A stretch of 63,721 nucleotides of DNA, the filler included. It is 13 parts of 13 records of this genome, joined end to end, with 100 filler letters (N's around TTAATTAATTAA, not from the genome) between each part and the next. Parts side by side here need not be neighbours in the genome. Positions count along the whole stretch, not along the records: positions 10,536 to 13,661 come from SRR15195285_6554; positions 13,762 to 17,615 come from SRR15195285_6557; positions 17,716 to 23,441 come from SRR15195285_6559; positions 23,542 to 29,178 come from SRR15195285_6560; 9 more parts are not named here. One strand, given 5' to 3'. Every line of letters starts with the position of its first letter. The first letter of the stretch is position 1. This document shows, piece by piece, positions 13,501-25,300 of the stretch. The translations under genes were made by a program, and so were the position numbers. Below the pieces are notes generated by a model. That model was not told the DNA's origin, ran no database searches, and saw only the letters and a program-made list of their open reading frames with translations.

Positions 13501-13661
13501 CCACTGACTGCTGCCGCTTGCGAGACATCAAGCGACGGCAAATACGCTCTGGAGTGCGCAGTCGAGCGCAATGCACCTGCGAAAGCTGTGAAATCTCTTC
13601 GTGCGTCGTCCGAGTTCGACGAAGCCATCATACAGGCGCTGTTGTGCGCCGTTCGCAAAGA
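10536..13661 (+). CDS. Schlafen-type/DUF2075-like superfamily-1 helicase with helical region and C-terminal ankyrin-like repeats; intronless here, truncated at both ends
   Basis: LTPHQ, APAGAGKT, ILFCAKNQPL, IDEAH, LLSDVSQ, LTQVVRSS, LDHIAEVDGMEW, LYRGITRA; DGKYALECAVERN ankyrin-like. Confidence 0.8.
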
Positions 13662-13761
13662 NNNNNNNNNNNNNNNNNNNNNNNNNNNNNNNNNNNNNNN
13701 NNNNNTTAATTAATTAANNNNNNNNNNNNNNNNNNNNNNNNNNNNNNNNNNNNNNNNNNNN
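13662..13761. other. Artificial contig spacer
   Basis: N44-TTAATTAATTAA-N44. Confidence 0.98.
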
Positions 13762-13787
13762 GGCATAAGGCCTTATGCCCGGTGTCA
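13762..13787. repeat. Palindromic element GGCATAAGGCCTTATGCC(CGGTGTCA), truncated by the contig start
   Basis: Perfect 18-bp palindrome at 13762-13779; related copy at 58815-58856. Confidence 0.75.
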
Positions 13788-13845
13788 GTATTCGCCGGGG
13801 GCATGCACTGACTCAACCAACTGCAACTAAGTTATTGTGTAGCAG

Positions 13846-16800
13846 CTAGTAAGGGCCATCGCAGCCTGACATGAAGGTACAACCTTGCGCGACGCATTTG
13901 TGCGGGTCGCAGTGACAATTCGAGACATTTCGCTGCTCCCTAAAGCGACTGTTCAAGCCGTAGAGATCGGCTGTAAACTGAGGATTCCCGCTCACGTTCA
14001 ACGACGGCTCGTAATTCCAAAAGGACCCCGCACCCTGCAATCATCGAAGCCAATCTTGTCAATCAATGGCACCACCAAAGTCGCCACACCATAGCATCTC
14101 AGGTCGCAACACACACCAGAACAAAGACGGGCACAGACGGAGAAAATCGCACCATGTAGGCCCGTGGCCACAGGAGACCCGTCACCGCCCGTGCAAAGCC
14201 GGCGTCCTGGGTCCGAGGAAACAACGACGCCGCTCTAGCCTCACCAGAATGACATGATGAGAACTCATCCGTCCAGAAAGACATTCGACCGCCGAGTAAG
14301 AGCGAGTTGCCACTGCCGTGTGGAACTCCATGGCTGATGTCATACCAGAACTGGTCCTCGTTGCCACAAACGTTATGGCCGTGCAACCGTTCTGCCAGGT
14401 AAAATCGTCCAGCGTTCGCCTCGACCGCAGGATAGCCTGCTGCAATTACTTCTGCTGCCGTGTGTGCCGACCAGCTTGCGACGATCGCGCTGTGATTGGT
14501 GACCTGGGCGCCCTGTGTTTTGAAGAGGATTTCCTCCCACCCCATCGGGATCTTGTTTAGGGTCATCACATGCCGTGCGAGTTCCTGTTCCATCCGAACG
14601 ACGGTGTCCAGCGAGCAGTTGCCAACTAGGTATGGCTCATCTCCACCAATCGAGAAGACCTTGTCAGGGAAGAGCGACGCCATCTCAGTGAAAATGTGCT
14701 TGAGGGTATTGACGGTGACATTCTGAGGATCATTATATAGCATTGCACCCGTGCACACCTTGATTGTACCCTCTCCGACCTACCCATGTGCACATGCCAC
14801 AACCAGTCAACCAGACAGCCCAGACGCCACAGAGGGGATACGTTGAAGCAAACCATTTGGCTAGAAAGCATATGCGTTAGGGTTTTCAAAAAGACGAGCA
14901 GTACGCACGAGCGCATCGTAACCATAGGCATGCTCAGGCTGTTCCATCTCTGGAATTATACGTATCCCCCTATCTTGCCCATATGCAACAAGATCCTTGA
15001 TGTCATCCTGGGTATAATAGCCTGCAAAGCTGCCATTCTTTAGGCAGCGTGGGTTTTTGCCATCGCACTCGCCGAGCAATCCAGGATACAGCTTGGACTC
15101 GATCCCGAAGCGACAGAAGTCAACCGCGTGGAGAAGAAGAACATTCAGCTTTACGAAGGACATGCTATCCATAACGTCCTTGACTAATGACACTGGCCAG
15201 AAGCGCCGCCCTGCAGAATCGTAAGGCTCAGTAGTTGACACATCGCAGCCGACTGTCAACTCTACAAGTGCAGATTCAGTCTAGCAGATTCTACATAATG
15301 TCATACCTGCATCAATCATCAGGCTTCGATGTCTGTACATTGGAGAGTCGACAATCGTCACCGTCGCGTGGGGTAGGTACGGGCTGCTACTGTTGATTGG
15401 TGCTGTTGTGTCGAATCCGGCAGGCGAGTTCACGAGCTGCGTGAAGGTTTCGAACGCATACATCGCACCGTACGTTGAAGCTGCAGTGATGTTGCAGCTG
15501 GCATCACTGATCTGCAGTGTATAGGAGTAATTCGTGTCAATTGAGAGCTCATCGTTGAGAGAGGCCAGCGTGACCGTGCAAACTTCAAGGCTGCTTGTGC
15601 TACCACTGCTATGGCTGAGATTCAGATAGCGAAGGTAGCGCGCTGCCGAGCGCTGCAGACGGCCCACTGCTGGTGCGCTTGCGGGCCCAGTTGCTATCTC
15701 GAAACAAAATGAGCTTGACAATGTCAATGGCACATCACCACTCACTTCAGAACTTCGCGGCTTGGGCCACACCCAGCCCTCTGATGCAATTGGTCTCGGA
15801 GTAGGTGGCGCTGGTGGTGTAGGTGTAGGCGGTGGTGGCGGTACCGGGGGTGCTGGCGGTGGTGGAGGAGGCAAGAAGGCTGACATTGACAAATAGATCC
15901 CTTCGCCTGGTGCAAGGGTGACATTCTTGCAGTGCACTTTCCAAGACTCGTTGACCAGGACATTGAGGCAGAGCTCAGCGCTGCGCACATTTTCCTTCGG
16001 TTTCGGAGGTGGGCATGGGATGCGACAGTGCCTCGTATTGCAAGGGTGACAGCGTGGCGCCATCTCCTCTTGACGTCCATGATCAAACCTGGAGGAAAGC
16101 CCGTCAGGCTTGTCAGATACCAGACGCGTGTCAACAACAAGCATACCAGAGGCATTCACGGCCGCTGTCTCTGCCGTGCCCCCGAGAAGACTAACCACCA
16201 GGTCTGAATCCATGCTGTGGATAATACCACTACTTCCACTGCCAACATTCACGTCATCGCCACCACTTCGAACAAATCCGATAGCAGTCAGCTTTGTAGC
16301 GTTTGGACTCGTAGAGTTCGCTACTTTCCATGACGCTGTGGAGAATAGCTCTATCACATCATTCTGCAGCAATGTCGCACCGATTTCAGAGAATTTGCCT
16401 GCTATGGTAGAGGCAGCTGTACCAATCGCCTGCATGGTGCTCGCTGCAATGCTGCTGTTCATTCCGCTGTTCCGGTATAAAGTGGCATTGCAAGCGAGAA
16501 CGTTGTGAAACCAAAGAGACCGAGCACCATACGCCATTGCGAGGTAGCTTTGCAGCCGCGGACCTAAACCAAGCGTCGAACTCTGGCAAAAGTCAATCCC
16601 AACGGATCGCGTGAAGCCAAGGTCTGTTGCATTCAGCGCCTGCAAGGTTGCTAACGAAAGCGTCAACTGCTCCGCAGAGGTAGGCAAAAGTTCGTCTGCG
16701 GTACTGGCACCGTCCACGCTGGTACCAACGCCGTCGATGGTGAGCGGCGGAAGGATTAGAACGGGAACCACAACTCCCGCCAGAGCTAACTCCTTTACAC

Positions 16801-17615
16801 CGTTCAGGCTGGTAGTGGAGCCAGTGTTGATCCCTCGTGGTAGGCCATGCTTGGCCTCAGTCGCCAGAATTGCTAGGTGTGCCCTCTGAGCAGAAGTCAA
16901 CGGCACGCTAAGATTCAAGGCAACTGCAGCTCCGACGGACGCCTTGCACCAGTAACGCAACGACGCGGTTATAATGTCACGTGGATCAGTAACAGGAATG
17001 CTACTACTGTGTATCGCAGACTCCGATCGGTCAACACCAGGTACGACTGCGAGTGCGTGACCACCGCTGATGAGCTCGGCAAAGTTCGTGTCATTTTGTC
17101 GTGACCATGCCACATGCATCACGCCAGTGCCTGTCCGCCTGGCCATGCCTAGCTCCTGATCATTGTGCACAACATCCAAGACTCCAGAGATTGGAGTGCA
17201 GCAGCTTGCTGCACCCATTGCAACTTCAATTGGGGCGAGGTTCGCCTGTGTTTTGTCAAAGGACCACTTTAGCTGCCTGCGGGCGAGGTTTACCAGCGGG
17301 TTGGACGCAGCTATCTTAGGTGGCGCCTCAGCGTTGGAGAGGAGGAGCATCGCTGCGTCACCTGCTGTCAAGTGCAGGCGCACCTGCAGCCTGGTACCAG
17401 CACCATCGGAAGTGATATTCTGCACAGATATCGGAGCGTTGACAGCACCTACCGCTGTGACGGAGGAGACTAGCGGCGAAAGAGTTAGACTGACCACTCT
17501 GGAAGTGTTCGGGACAGTCCCATTCACAGCAGTAATGCTGACGTTCACCCGTTTGTCCACCACCATCAGCAGAACACTGCGATCCCATTCACCTTCCATT
17601 GGGGGTTCTGGCGCT
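13846..17615 (-). CDS. GH20 beta-N-acetylhexosaminidase with long N-terminal extra region and Pro-rich linker; 5' partial, multi-exon
   Basis: VWPKP, YGAMYAFETFTQL, DSPMYRHRSLMIDAG/RRF (intron 15211-15306), KLNVLLLHAVD, YTQDDI, RGIRIIPE, IGGDE, GGRMSFWTD, LWPRA. Confidence 0.9.
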
Positions 17616-17715
17616 NNNNNNNNNNNNNNNNNNNNNNNNNNNNNNNNNNNNNNNNNNNNTTAATTAATTAANNNNNNNNNNNNNNNNNNNNNNNNNNNNN
17701 NNNNNNNNNNNNNNN
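17616..17715. other. Artificial contig spacer
   Basis: N44-TTAATTAATTAA-N44. Confidence 0.98.
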
Positions 17716-18271
17716 GGCAAAAGATGCACACTTCTGTCGATTCAAGCAACCAATCCCCATACATTACCGAGGTAACCTCAAATCGATGGAGTCTCGGCTT
17801 ATCGGGCGGCGCCGGATCGCGGGGAGAAAATACCTCGGTGGTACACGTACAATTGTTAGCCGCAATGTGAGAATCGACCTGGGAATAAGTACAGTACGAG
17901 AACCCAAATAACCGAGAGGACGTTGACACAAAAAGAGAAACCCGTATCTGACATCTGATGGGAGCTGGCTGGCGGGCTGATGGCGTCATATGATGGCGTT
18001 CGAGCTGGCGGGCAGAGGGGGCTGGACACAGGGCAGCTATCGCGAGATCTGAACATTGTTCGCGGGGTAAGAGACGGCCGTCCAGTCGAGCAGCTTGCTT
18101 CGCAGTGTGTTTTCTTTCTCAGGCGCACGTGATCAGATCACGTGCGTTTCTCGGCGGCACAGAGGGGAGGATCACGTACTCTCGCAGGCAGTGTGGGTTT
18201 GGAGTGACTAGGGATTGGTGTGCAGTGAGTCGACGCCACAGTGAGCTGAAGTGGCAGCACGGGCCAGCTGG

Positions 18272-18910
18272 ATGGGGTGCTGCAGCGGGAAGACGGCTGT
18301 CCAGTCGAGCATTGCGTTCTCGCGGGCGCATGAGCGCATCGAGATCTCCGATGGTGGTGCAAAGGTGACAAAGATTGGCGGTGGGAAAGACCGTGTCGCG
18401 GCGGTGGAAAAGGTGATGACGGAGGGCCGGCACTTTGTCGAGTTCACGAGGGAAAGCGGCGATGTACTGATCGGAGTGATGCGCCCGGAGTTTGATGTGG
18501 AGCAGGGCAACAATTGCCACAAGGAGGAGGGCCACGCCTTCTATCAGTGCGTAGGAGGCTACAAGTACCCAGGTGGTGGGCAGTGGAGCGCCTCGACAGA
18601 GGCGGCAGACGGCGATCGTTTCGGCCTCCTGCTGGACCTCGAGGCTGGCAGCTTGATCGTGTTCAAAAACGACGAGCGGCTCGGCATGATGGCGGCCGGC
18701 CTCACGGGCAGCTACTGCTGGGCTACCGTACTGTATGATAAACGTGCAGCTGTGACGATAAAGGCACTGCGGCTGCCAAAAGTGGCAAAGGCGGGCTCTG
18801 CACGGTCTGCTGATGACATGACGGAGGACGAAGCCGCCCTCGCCATTCAGGCACGCGTGCGAAGTCGGGCGACGAAAGCCAAGGCAGACGAGACTAGGCC
18901 CGCAACATGA
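18272..18910 (+). CDS. Small SPRY/B30.2-domain protein with N-terminal MGCCSG acylation signal and C-terminal IQ-like motif
   Basis: GRHFVEF, VLIGV, GDRFGLLLDLEAGSLIVFKNDERLG, YCWA; AALAIQARVRSR. Confidence 0.8.
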   Translation: MGCCSGKTAVQSSIAFSRAHERIEISDGGAKVTKIGGGKDRVAAVEKVMTEGRHFVEFTRESGDVLIGVMRPEFDVEQGNNCHKEEGHAFYQCVGGYKYPGGGQWSASTEAADGDRFGLLLDLEAGSLIVFKNDERLGMMAAGLTGSYCWATVLYDKRAAVTIKALRLPKVAKAGSARSADDMTEDEAALAIQARVRSRATKAKADETRPAT

Positions 18911-19279
18911 CACGCCGTCGTAGCGGGACAGTGGACATCGTGAATATCATTACAAACTAACTCTAATACAGGCCAGTCAGATTCCGCTCCCGGCCACGTG
19001 TCGCCACCACGACTTTCCCGCTCGCGTTTAGGCAAATCGCGCCCGTTTCTAGCATATGTTGCATGATAGACGCGAGCTGTGCGGCACTCACGCCACCGCC
19101 GTCAGTGTCGTAGTCATGCCACACTTTTTGGCACACCTGCAGCTCCTCGTCCTATGAGATCGTTGCAAAGCAAATGCAAGCACACCCACATGTACCACAA
19201 GGCGGTGAGACGTTCACATCGATCACGACTGGCTTGTGGACATGGACAGGTGATTTTCAAGAAGTTTAGGGTCGTCGCG

Positions 19280-22200
19280 CGCACCTGGATCCGAGAAGAA
19301 CCAGCGTTGACTGACTTGATCTGCTTTTGCCACCAGCGCATGAACCGCATGAAGTTGAGCTTCCCCTCCTGGTTGGCCGTGAAGCCGATCTTCAGATCCT
19401 GGAAGACGCTCTCGGCTGCCTTTTCGCTGCGTGTGCCGCGGCAGCAGAGAGAAGTGATTCAGCATTTGAAACAGATTGGATTGCAACATCACTCTTGGTT
19501 GTCAAATGGATGTGCAATGTGCTTAGTCTAAACGGGTCACATAGGCGATGCCTGGTGCACTCACGCAGCCTTCTGGATCAACGCCTTGTTCTCTTCGGTC
19601 TTAATTGTAACGTCGATTGCCTTCTGCTCCTCGACTGGAGTTTCCTCTTCCGCCGCCGCAGCCGCAGCTGCCGCACCCTTCTCCGCCTCGCGGCACCGGC
19701 CAAGCCACTCCAACGCACGCAGGTCGTGAGGCCAGGCCTCCAATGCCTCCTCAAACTTCGCAACGGCACCGGCAAGGTCCTGCGGATCCGCGTTGAACAA
19801 GGTGATACCCTCATCCTCGAGCTCGCTTGCCTTGGACCACTTGGCCGCATCCTCGATTGCTTCTTTCAGCAGCTCTTGGAGAGCCGGGTTCTCGGGCTCG
19901 ATCGCAAGCGCTTTTTGAAAGGAATCTTTGCCGCGCTCGTACTCATGTGCACCGCACTGTGCCTGTCCTTGTGTTTGAAGGGCCATGGCTTCATTGACAT
20001 TGGCGATGTCGCGGTCAGCAACTGCCTTGTCTTCGCTGTCATTCTGATCGAGTTCATCAATAAGCTGCAACGCATGTTCGAAGTAGCCCATAGCCTTGCT
20101 GTTGTTGCCAGCGATCATCTCCTTCTCGCCGCGGGCCAACAGACCCTGCACGTCGTCCTCCTTCCGCTTGCGTTCTGCCACCTCCCGCTCCAGTGCGAGA
20201 GCTTGCGCGTTTTCTGGATCCGCCGCCATCGCCGAGCGAACACACACCAGTGCCCCGTCTTCGTCGCCTGCCTGCAACAGACGTCGAGCTTTGTCGAGCA
20301 ATGATTCGACATATTTTGCCAGGTCGTCCGCCTTCCTACGGAGTGCAGCCTCTCTTGCCGCGACCAACTCAATGTGCAGACGATTGTCATCAGTTGCGTT
20401 CGTGCTGCTCGGGACCTGTGTGAGTGCTCGGTCGTACGTGGCGATGGCCTGATCGACCTGGTCATGCGCTAATTGTAGAGCTGCTTGGGCACCAAGCTTT
20501 TGGCCGCTCGCCTTACTCTCCGCTTCTTGCTTGAGGGCTTCGTCAGCCTCCGTTAGCGCGCTTGATCCCATAGAGCGCAGCTCGAGCCAGATCCGAACCG
20601 CCTCTGCAAACTCTCCAGACTTCATTTGGCTGACGGCCTGCGTTTTCAGTCGCTCGATGCGCAACAGGCGCTCTGCTGCAACATCAGCGTCCTTGATCAC
20701 GGCGTTGTTCGCGTCCAGAGCAAGGGCTTGCTGCAGTGCCCGAACAGCATCCTCTGTTTTGCCCTCGGCTAGGAGACGGCGGGAGTCAGCAAGCAGCTGT
20801 TGAGCCTTCAGCTTGCGAGCTGTGGCTTCGCGTGCAGATTTGATCTCTTCATTATCAGGCCACAGTGCCAGTGCCAGGTCAAACTCGTGAACAGCTGCGG
20901 CAAAATCACGCGCGGCAGCAGCTTCCTGGCCGTTCTGTTGGTGTTGCTTGGCTTCAATCTTCTTCGTTACCTCCACAATACGAGTGGGCAGATCCGCGTC
21001 ATCAGAATTCAGAGCAAGCGCTGACTGATAGCTGACTAGAGCAGCCTGAAACTCTGCGGCAGTAGCCTGATTGTCACCTAATATCTTCAGTTCGTCCGCT
21101 TTCTTGTGCTTCTCTGCGAGAGCTTCCTCTGCCTTAATATCAGCGTTGTCTGGATCTGCCGCGAGTGCCTGCAGCAGCAGCTCGCAAGCCTTGGCGTTCT
21201 CACCGTGAGAGAGCGCGGCCTCACCTTCACGTTGCAGCTTCAGTACGAGAGCCTTACGTGCCGCCTCGTCTCGCAAAGTTTTGATATCCTCGTTGTCAGG
21301 GTGAAGGCCTAGTGCCTCGTCTAATGATGCAACAGCACCATCATAGTCCTTGACGCCCATCTGCTCGCGCGCACGGGCCAGTAGTTGTTGTGCCTGGTGC
21401 CTATGTTTGGCTGTCTCGAACACTACGTCGAGATCTAAACGCCTCTGATACACTCGAGCTGTGTGTCCATCTTTGTCAGTTTCGTCAAGTGCAATCGCGC
21501 TCTCACACTTCGTAATGCAGTCTGCATAGCGTCCCGCCGCCAAGTCATCGCTGGCCTGCGTGTGGAACGCTCCGATCTGCATGATCACAGCGGCGAGGCG
21601 ACGATCAAGCTCGGCCTGGCAGGAGTCCCGCGACGCTCGAATGTCCGCATTCTCGGAGTCCAGGGCAAGAGCGTGATCGAAGAGTGTAAACACATGCTCT
21701 GCGTGGAAGCCTTGCACGTTGTCGAATTCGTGCGCAGCCTGCGTGGCCAGCTCTCGGGCTTTCAGCTTCGCTTCCGCTATCTTCTTCAATTCTGGCAGCT
21801 CCTCATCATCCGCATCTAGCTCGATGGCAGCGCCGAAGGTTGCTGCAGCCGCTGCGAAGTTCTCCTGTTCAAGTTCACGCAAGCCTTTTACCTTGAGCTT
21901 CGATGCCTGCAGCTTGTTTTCGGCATCCTGCTCTTCCTGTTCGAGCTGAGTATTGTTTGGATCGAGAGCAAGCGCCTCTTTCAGTAGCTCGATGGCTTTC
22001 TCGAAGTGCTCTGCAGTAATCTCAGCCTCAGCAAGGCGTCGAAGCTCTTGTGCTCGAGCCTTACGTGTTGCCTCGTCGAGCAGGAGCTTGATCTCTCCGT
22101 TGTCTGGGAACAGAGCAAGCGCAGCGGTCAAAGTCTGTACAGCACCAGAGTAGTCGCGTGCAGCTAGCTCGTGTACACCCTGTCGTTTCTGCGCTAGAGC

Positions 22201-23441
22201 GGACACTTTGTTGTCAGCGCTGTCAACGCGTGGTTTCAAGGTCTCGTCGTCTGGATTCAGCACTGATGCAGTACGGTACAACGTGAGCGCTTGTTCGTAT
22301 TCCCTAGTGTGGGCTTCCTCAAGGGAGGACAGCAAGCCAGCGACATCGTTGGCATCCAGCTGCTGCTCTGCGCTCTCGATAAGGTGCATAGTGGGTCCCA
22401 TGCGTGCAGTTTTGTCATCTAGTGTCTCTTCGTGAATCAAGCCGTCACAACCGACCGCGAGGGCACCCGCTGCAAAGTAGCACTTCATCAAGTGCTCGAT
22501 TGGGCGCACAGACTCTCTTTGTTTGTCCAAAACACGAAGCTCCACGGTTTTCGTCCCACTAAAATGCAACTCGAAGTGACCGTGGGCCAAATTGTTGGAC
22601 GTGATCCACGTGCACTGATTCACCATGAGACTGCTCTTCTTCTTCTCCTTCTCCTTTTCGTCTGAAAAGTATGCCATCTCTCCACTTGGATGGAACACAA
22701 ACCAGCGTTTCTGCCATCCCTTGAATATGGATGGCGACTTCTTCTCTAGCCACATGGCCACACACCCATCCGAGGTGCGTGCCCCTGGCAGACCAGCGCC
22801 TAGCAGGTCCGTCGCTTCACTGGGTTTCGCATCCTGCATGTCAGCCTCCACCGCTTTATCGGCAGCCCGGGCCAGCAATTCCTTGATGTTTTTCCGGGCG
22901 TGGACGTCGTTTGGGTCTCGCTCCAAGTCCAATGCGTTAAGCTTGGCATCCAACAACAACCTACCGGCTTGAGTGTGAGCATCAGCCTGACCTCGGAGGT
23001 TTCCTGAAGCGTGAGCTTTGTGCACAGAAGCCTCTTGCTTGCGGATTTCTTCATTGTCGGGGTCGAGTGCAAGTGCCTGGACGAAAAGATCGTCTGCCTT
23101 CGCGTTGTCACCGGCCTCCATTGCTTCTTCCGCTTGGCGCTTCAGTTCCAGTGCACGGCGCTTGCGGTCGCACATGTCCCGAAGCCATTTGATCTCCTGG
23201 TTGTGTGGCCACAGGTTGAGAGCTGAGTCAAAAGTCCCAATTGCACCAGGATAGTCCTGAGCGTTCATCTCATGGATCCCTGTGAGCTTCAGCTGCAGCG
23301 CATCAACATAGTTTTGGGCAGACTGGAGACGAGGCGGGATCTCGGCATCACCGGGGACGAGGCCATCGCCAGCCCTGTAGGTAGCGAGAGCAGCTGAAAA
23401 CTCCGTCGCATGTGCATCATTGAGAGTCTTGAGCACGCTCG
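19280..23441 (-). CDS. Large TPR-repeat protein with an embedded PH domain; 5' partial, 3' end uncertain
   Basis: Many A-L-x-L-x-P-x-N TPR ends; PH motif WLEKKSP-x4-WQKRWFVF-x4-MAYF; next exon after a GT-AG intron at ~19428-19564. Confidence 0.85.
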
Positions 23442-23541
23442 NNNNNNNNNNNNNNNNNNNNNNNNNNNNNNNNNNNNNNNNNNNNTTAATTAATTAANNN
23501 NNNNNNNNNNNNNNNNNNNNNNNNNNNNNNNNNNNNNNNNN
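23442..23541. other. Artificial contig spacer
   Basis: N44-TTAATTAATTAA-N44. Confidence 0.98.
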
Positions 23542-23571
23542 CAGCAGCCATCCTGATTTCTTTCTCCTGCC
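23542..23571 (-). repeat. 30-bp terminal inverted repeat, left copy
   Basis: cagcagccatcctgatttctttctcctgcc is the exact reverse complement of 29149-29178. Confidence 0.95.
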
Positions 23572-24934
23572 GGAGCTGGTCAACAGTTGAGGTATGTTCA
23601 GCTTCCAATGCAACCTGCTGCGCCCGTAGTTGCTCCAGCTCTTTTGCGACTGCGGCCCCTGCATCCTTCGCACCCGTAGCTACATGCAATTGCTGCCGAA
23701 CCGTAGCCAGCTCCGTTTGAGAAGCGGTGGCAGTGAGCTCTGCGCTACGAGCGCGGTCATCAGCTTTTGCGAGCTCCATACGACATTGTTGCAACTGTTG
23801 CTCACTTGTCTGAGCCCTATTCAACGCTTCCGCGAGTTCTGACTCAAGACTGCAGATTTTTGCCCCCTTTGCTATGCTTGCTTCGTCGGCACGATTCATC
23901 TGCGCCTGCAGATCGGCGTTCTGCTCTATCAAGGTGTGAACTTGTCGCGATTGTTCGGCAGAAACCGTTTGCTCATCATCAGAAGGCGCCTGCTTCTGCT
24001 GGGCCATCAGCAGTTCGCTGTTGAGTTCGTCGCGAGAAGATATCAGCTCAGCTTGCTTTAGTTTCCACGCTTGCTGATTTGTGTCAGCCTGGCGCTGTGC
24101 TGTCTGCACAGCCTGCTCAGCGGCGACGCGGACGGTCGCCGTCTTGCGTTGCTCTGTACGAATCGCTGCCTCAGCGGCCCGCCTGGCTGCGCGCTCGCCA
24201 GACAGCTCCTTTTCAGCAGCCCGTCTGCACTCCTCCTGGGCGGCTAGCTGCCTGCGCAAGTCCGCTGCGTCTGCCACAGATATCATGCCTGCATGTTCGT
24301 GCTCCGTTGCCACCCTGATGGCGGCCGCTTCTGTGCGCATTGCGGACAGCAATCGGTCACTCTCCGCACAACGCTGTGCGGCTGAGTCTGCTACCGTGCG
24401 CGCTTCCTCTGCCACCGCCAGTGCTTCGATCGCCCGGTTTCTTTCTTCGCGGATCTCGGCGTTTGCCCTCTCTCGGGCTTCTTGCGCTTCTCGAGACAGC
24501 TGGTCGTGGCGCTGTTCCGCTAGGGCCCGGGCGTCTTCGGCTGCCGCGAGTTGCTGCCGTAGCGTGTCAGCCGTCGTGCTAAGGCTGTTATCGGTGCCCA
24601 CTGGCGACGCTGGCGTCGGCCTTGAACGCGGATCTGGTGTGGCAACGGGGCTGTCGAACAGGTTGCCGCGCCGCACACTCCCGAGCAGTCCACCGTGAGT
24701 TGCACGATGTCCTGGCGTCTCTTGGCGCCGCAGTGATGCTAGCTGCATCTCCATCGTGTCTGCGGCCGTCAGCTCGGCCAACGCGTCGCGCTCTGCGGCC
24801 TTCATCCGCTGACACCAGGAAGGCGACCCAAGCGATGCCTCGCTTTTGAATTGCTCGAAGCTCTGCTCATCCAGCGCATCTACGCCGGCAGCCAGCGCAG
24901 CGCCGATAGACGCCTGCTCTTCCCCCGCCGCCAT
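23542..24934 (-). CDS. Coiled-coil protein, 3' partial
   Basis: Long ATG-initiated ORF with A/E/Q/R heptad pattern. Confidence 0.75.
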
Positions 24935-25131
24935 CTCTCCCGCCTCAGCCTGCCATCGCCAGCTCCTCCCTTACAGGCCCATACCGATGATCACTAGCAG
25001 CCCCAGCCCCAATTGTCCGTGGGTGTGGCCGCCTCGGCCGTTCGTTCGACTTGAAAATGCATGATCCCGCCTTCCCGCGGGCTGCATCGTGCATCGCACT
25101 GCATGGGAAGCCGTCAGCGTCACGCGTCGTC

Positions 25132-25158
25132 ACATGTACCTGGTACATGTACATGTAC
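25132..25158. promoter_or_regulatory. Palindromic ACATGTAC cluster in the divergent intergenic region
   Basis: acatgtacc-t-ggtacatgt inverted repeat overlapping gtacatgtacatgtac, between divergent starts at 24934 and 25301; function inferred only. Confidence 0.35.
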
Positions 25159-25300
25159 ACCCGCGGCTCCGGGCGGGTCCACCGCCTCGGGGTGGTTCTG
25201 CCGGTCGAGCGCCGCGGGCCCCCTCCGGCACGGCGTGGGTTGTGTTGCTGTTGGTGTTGGGTCTTCGCGTTGTTCATTTTTCCCGTGGGGACGAATCAGA

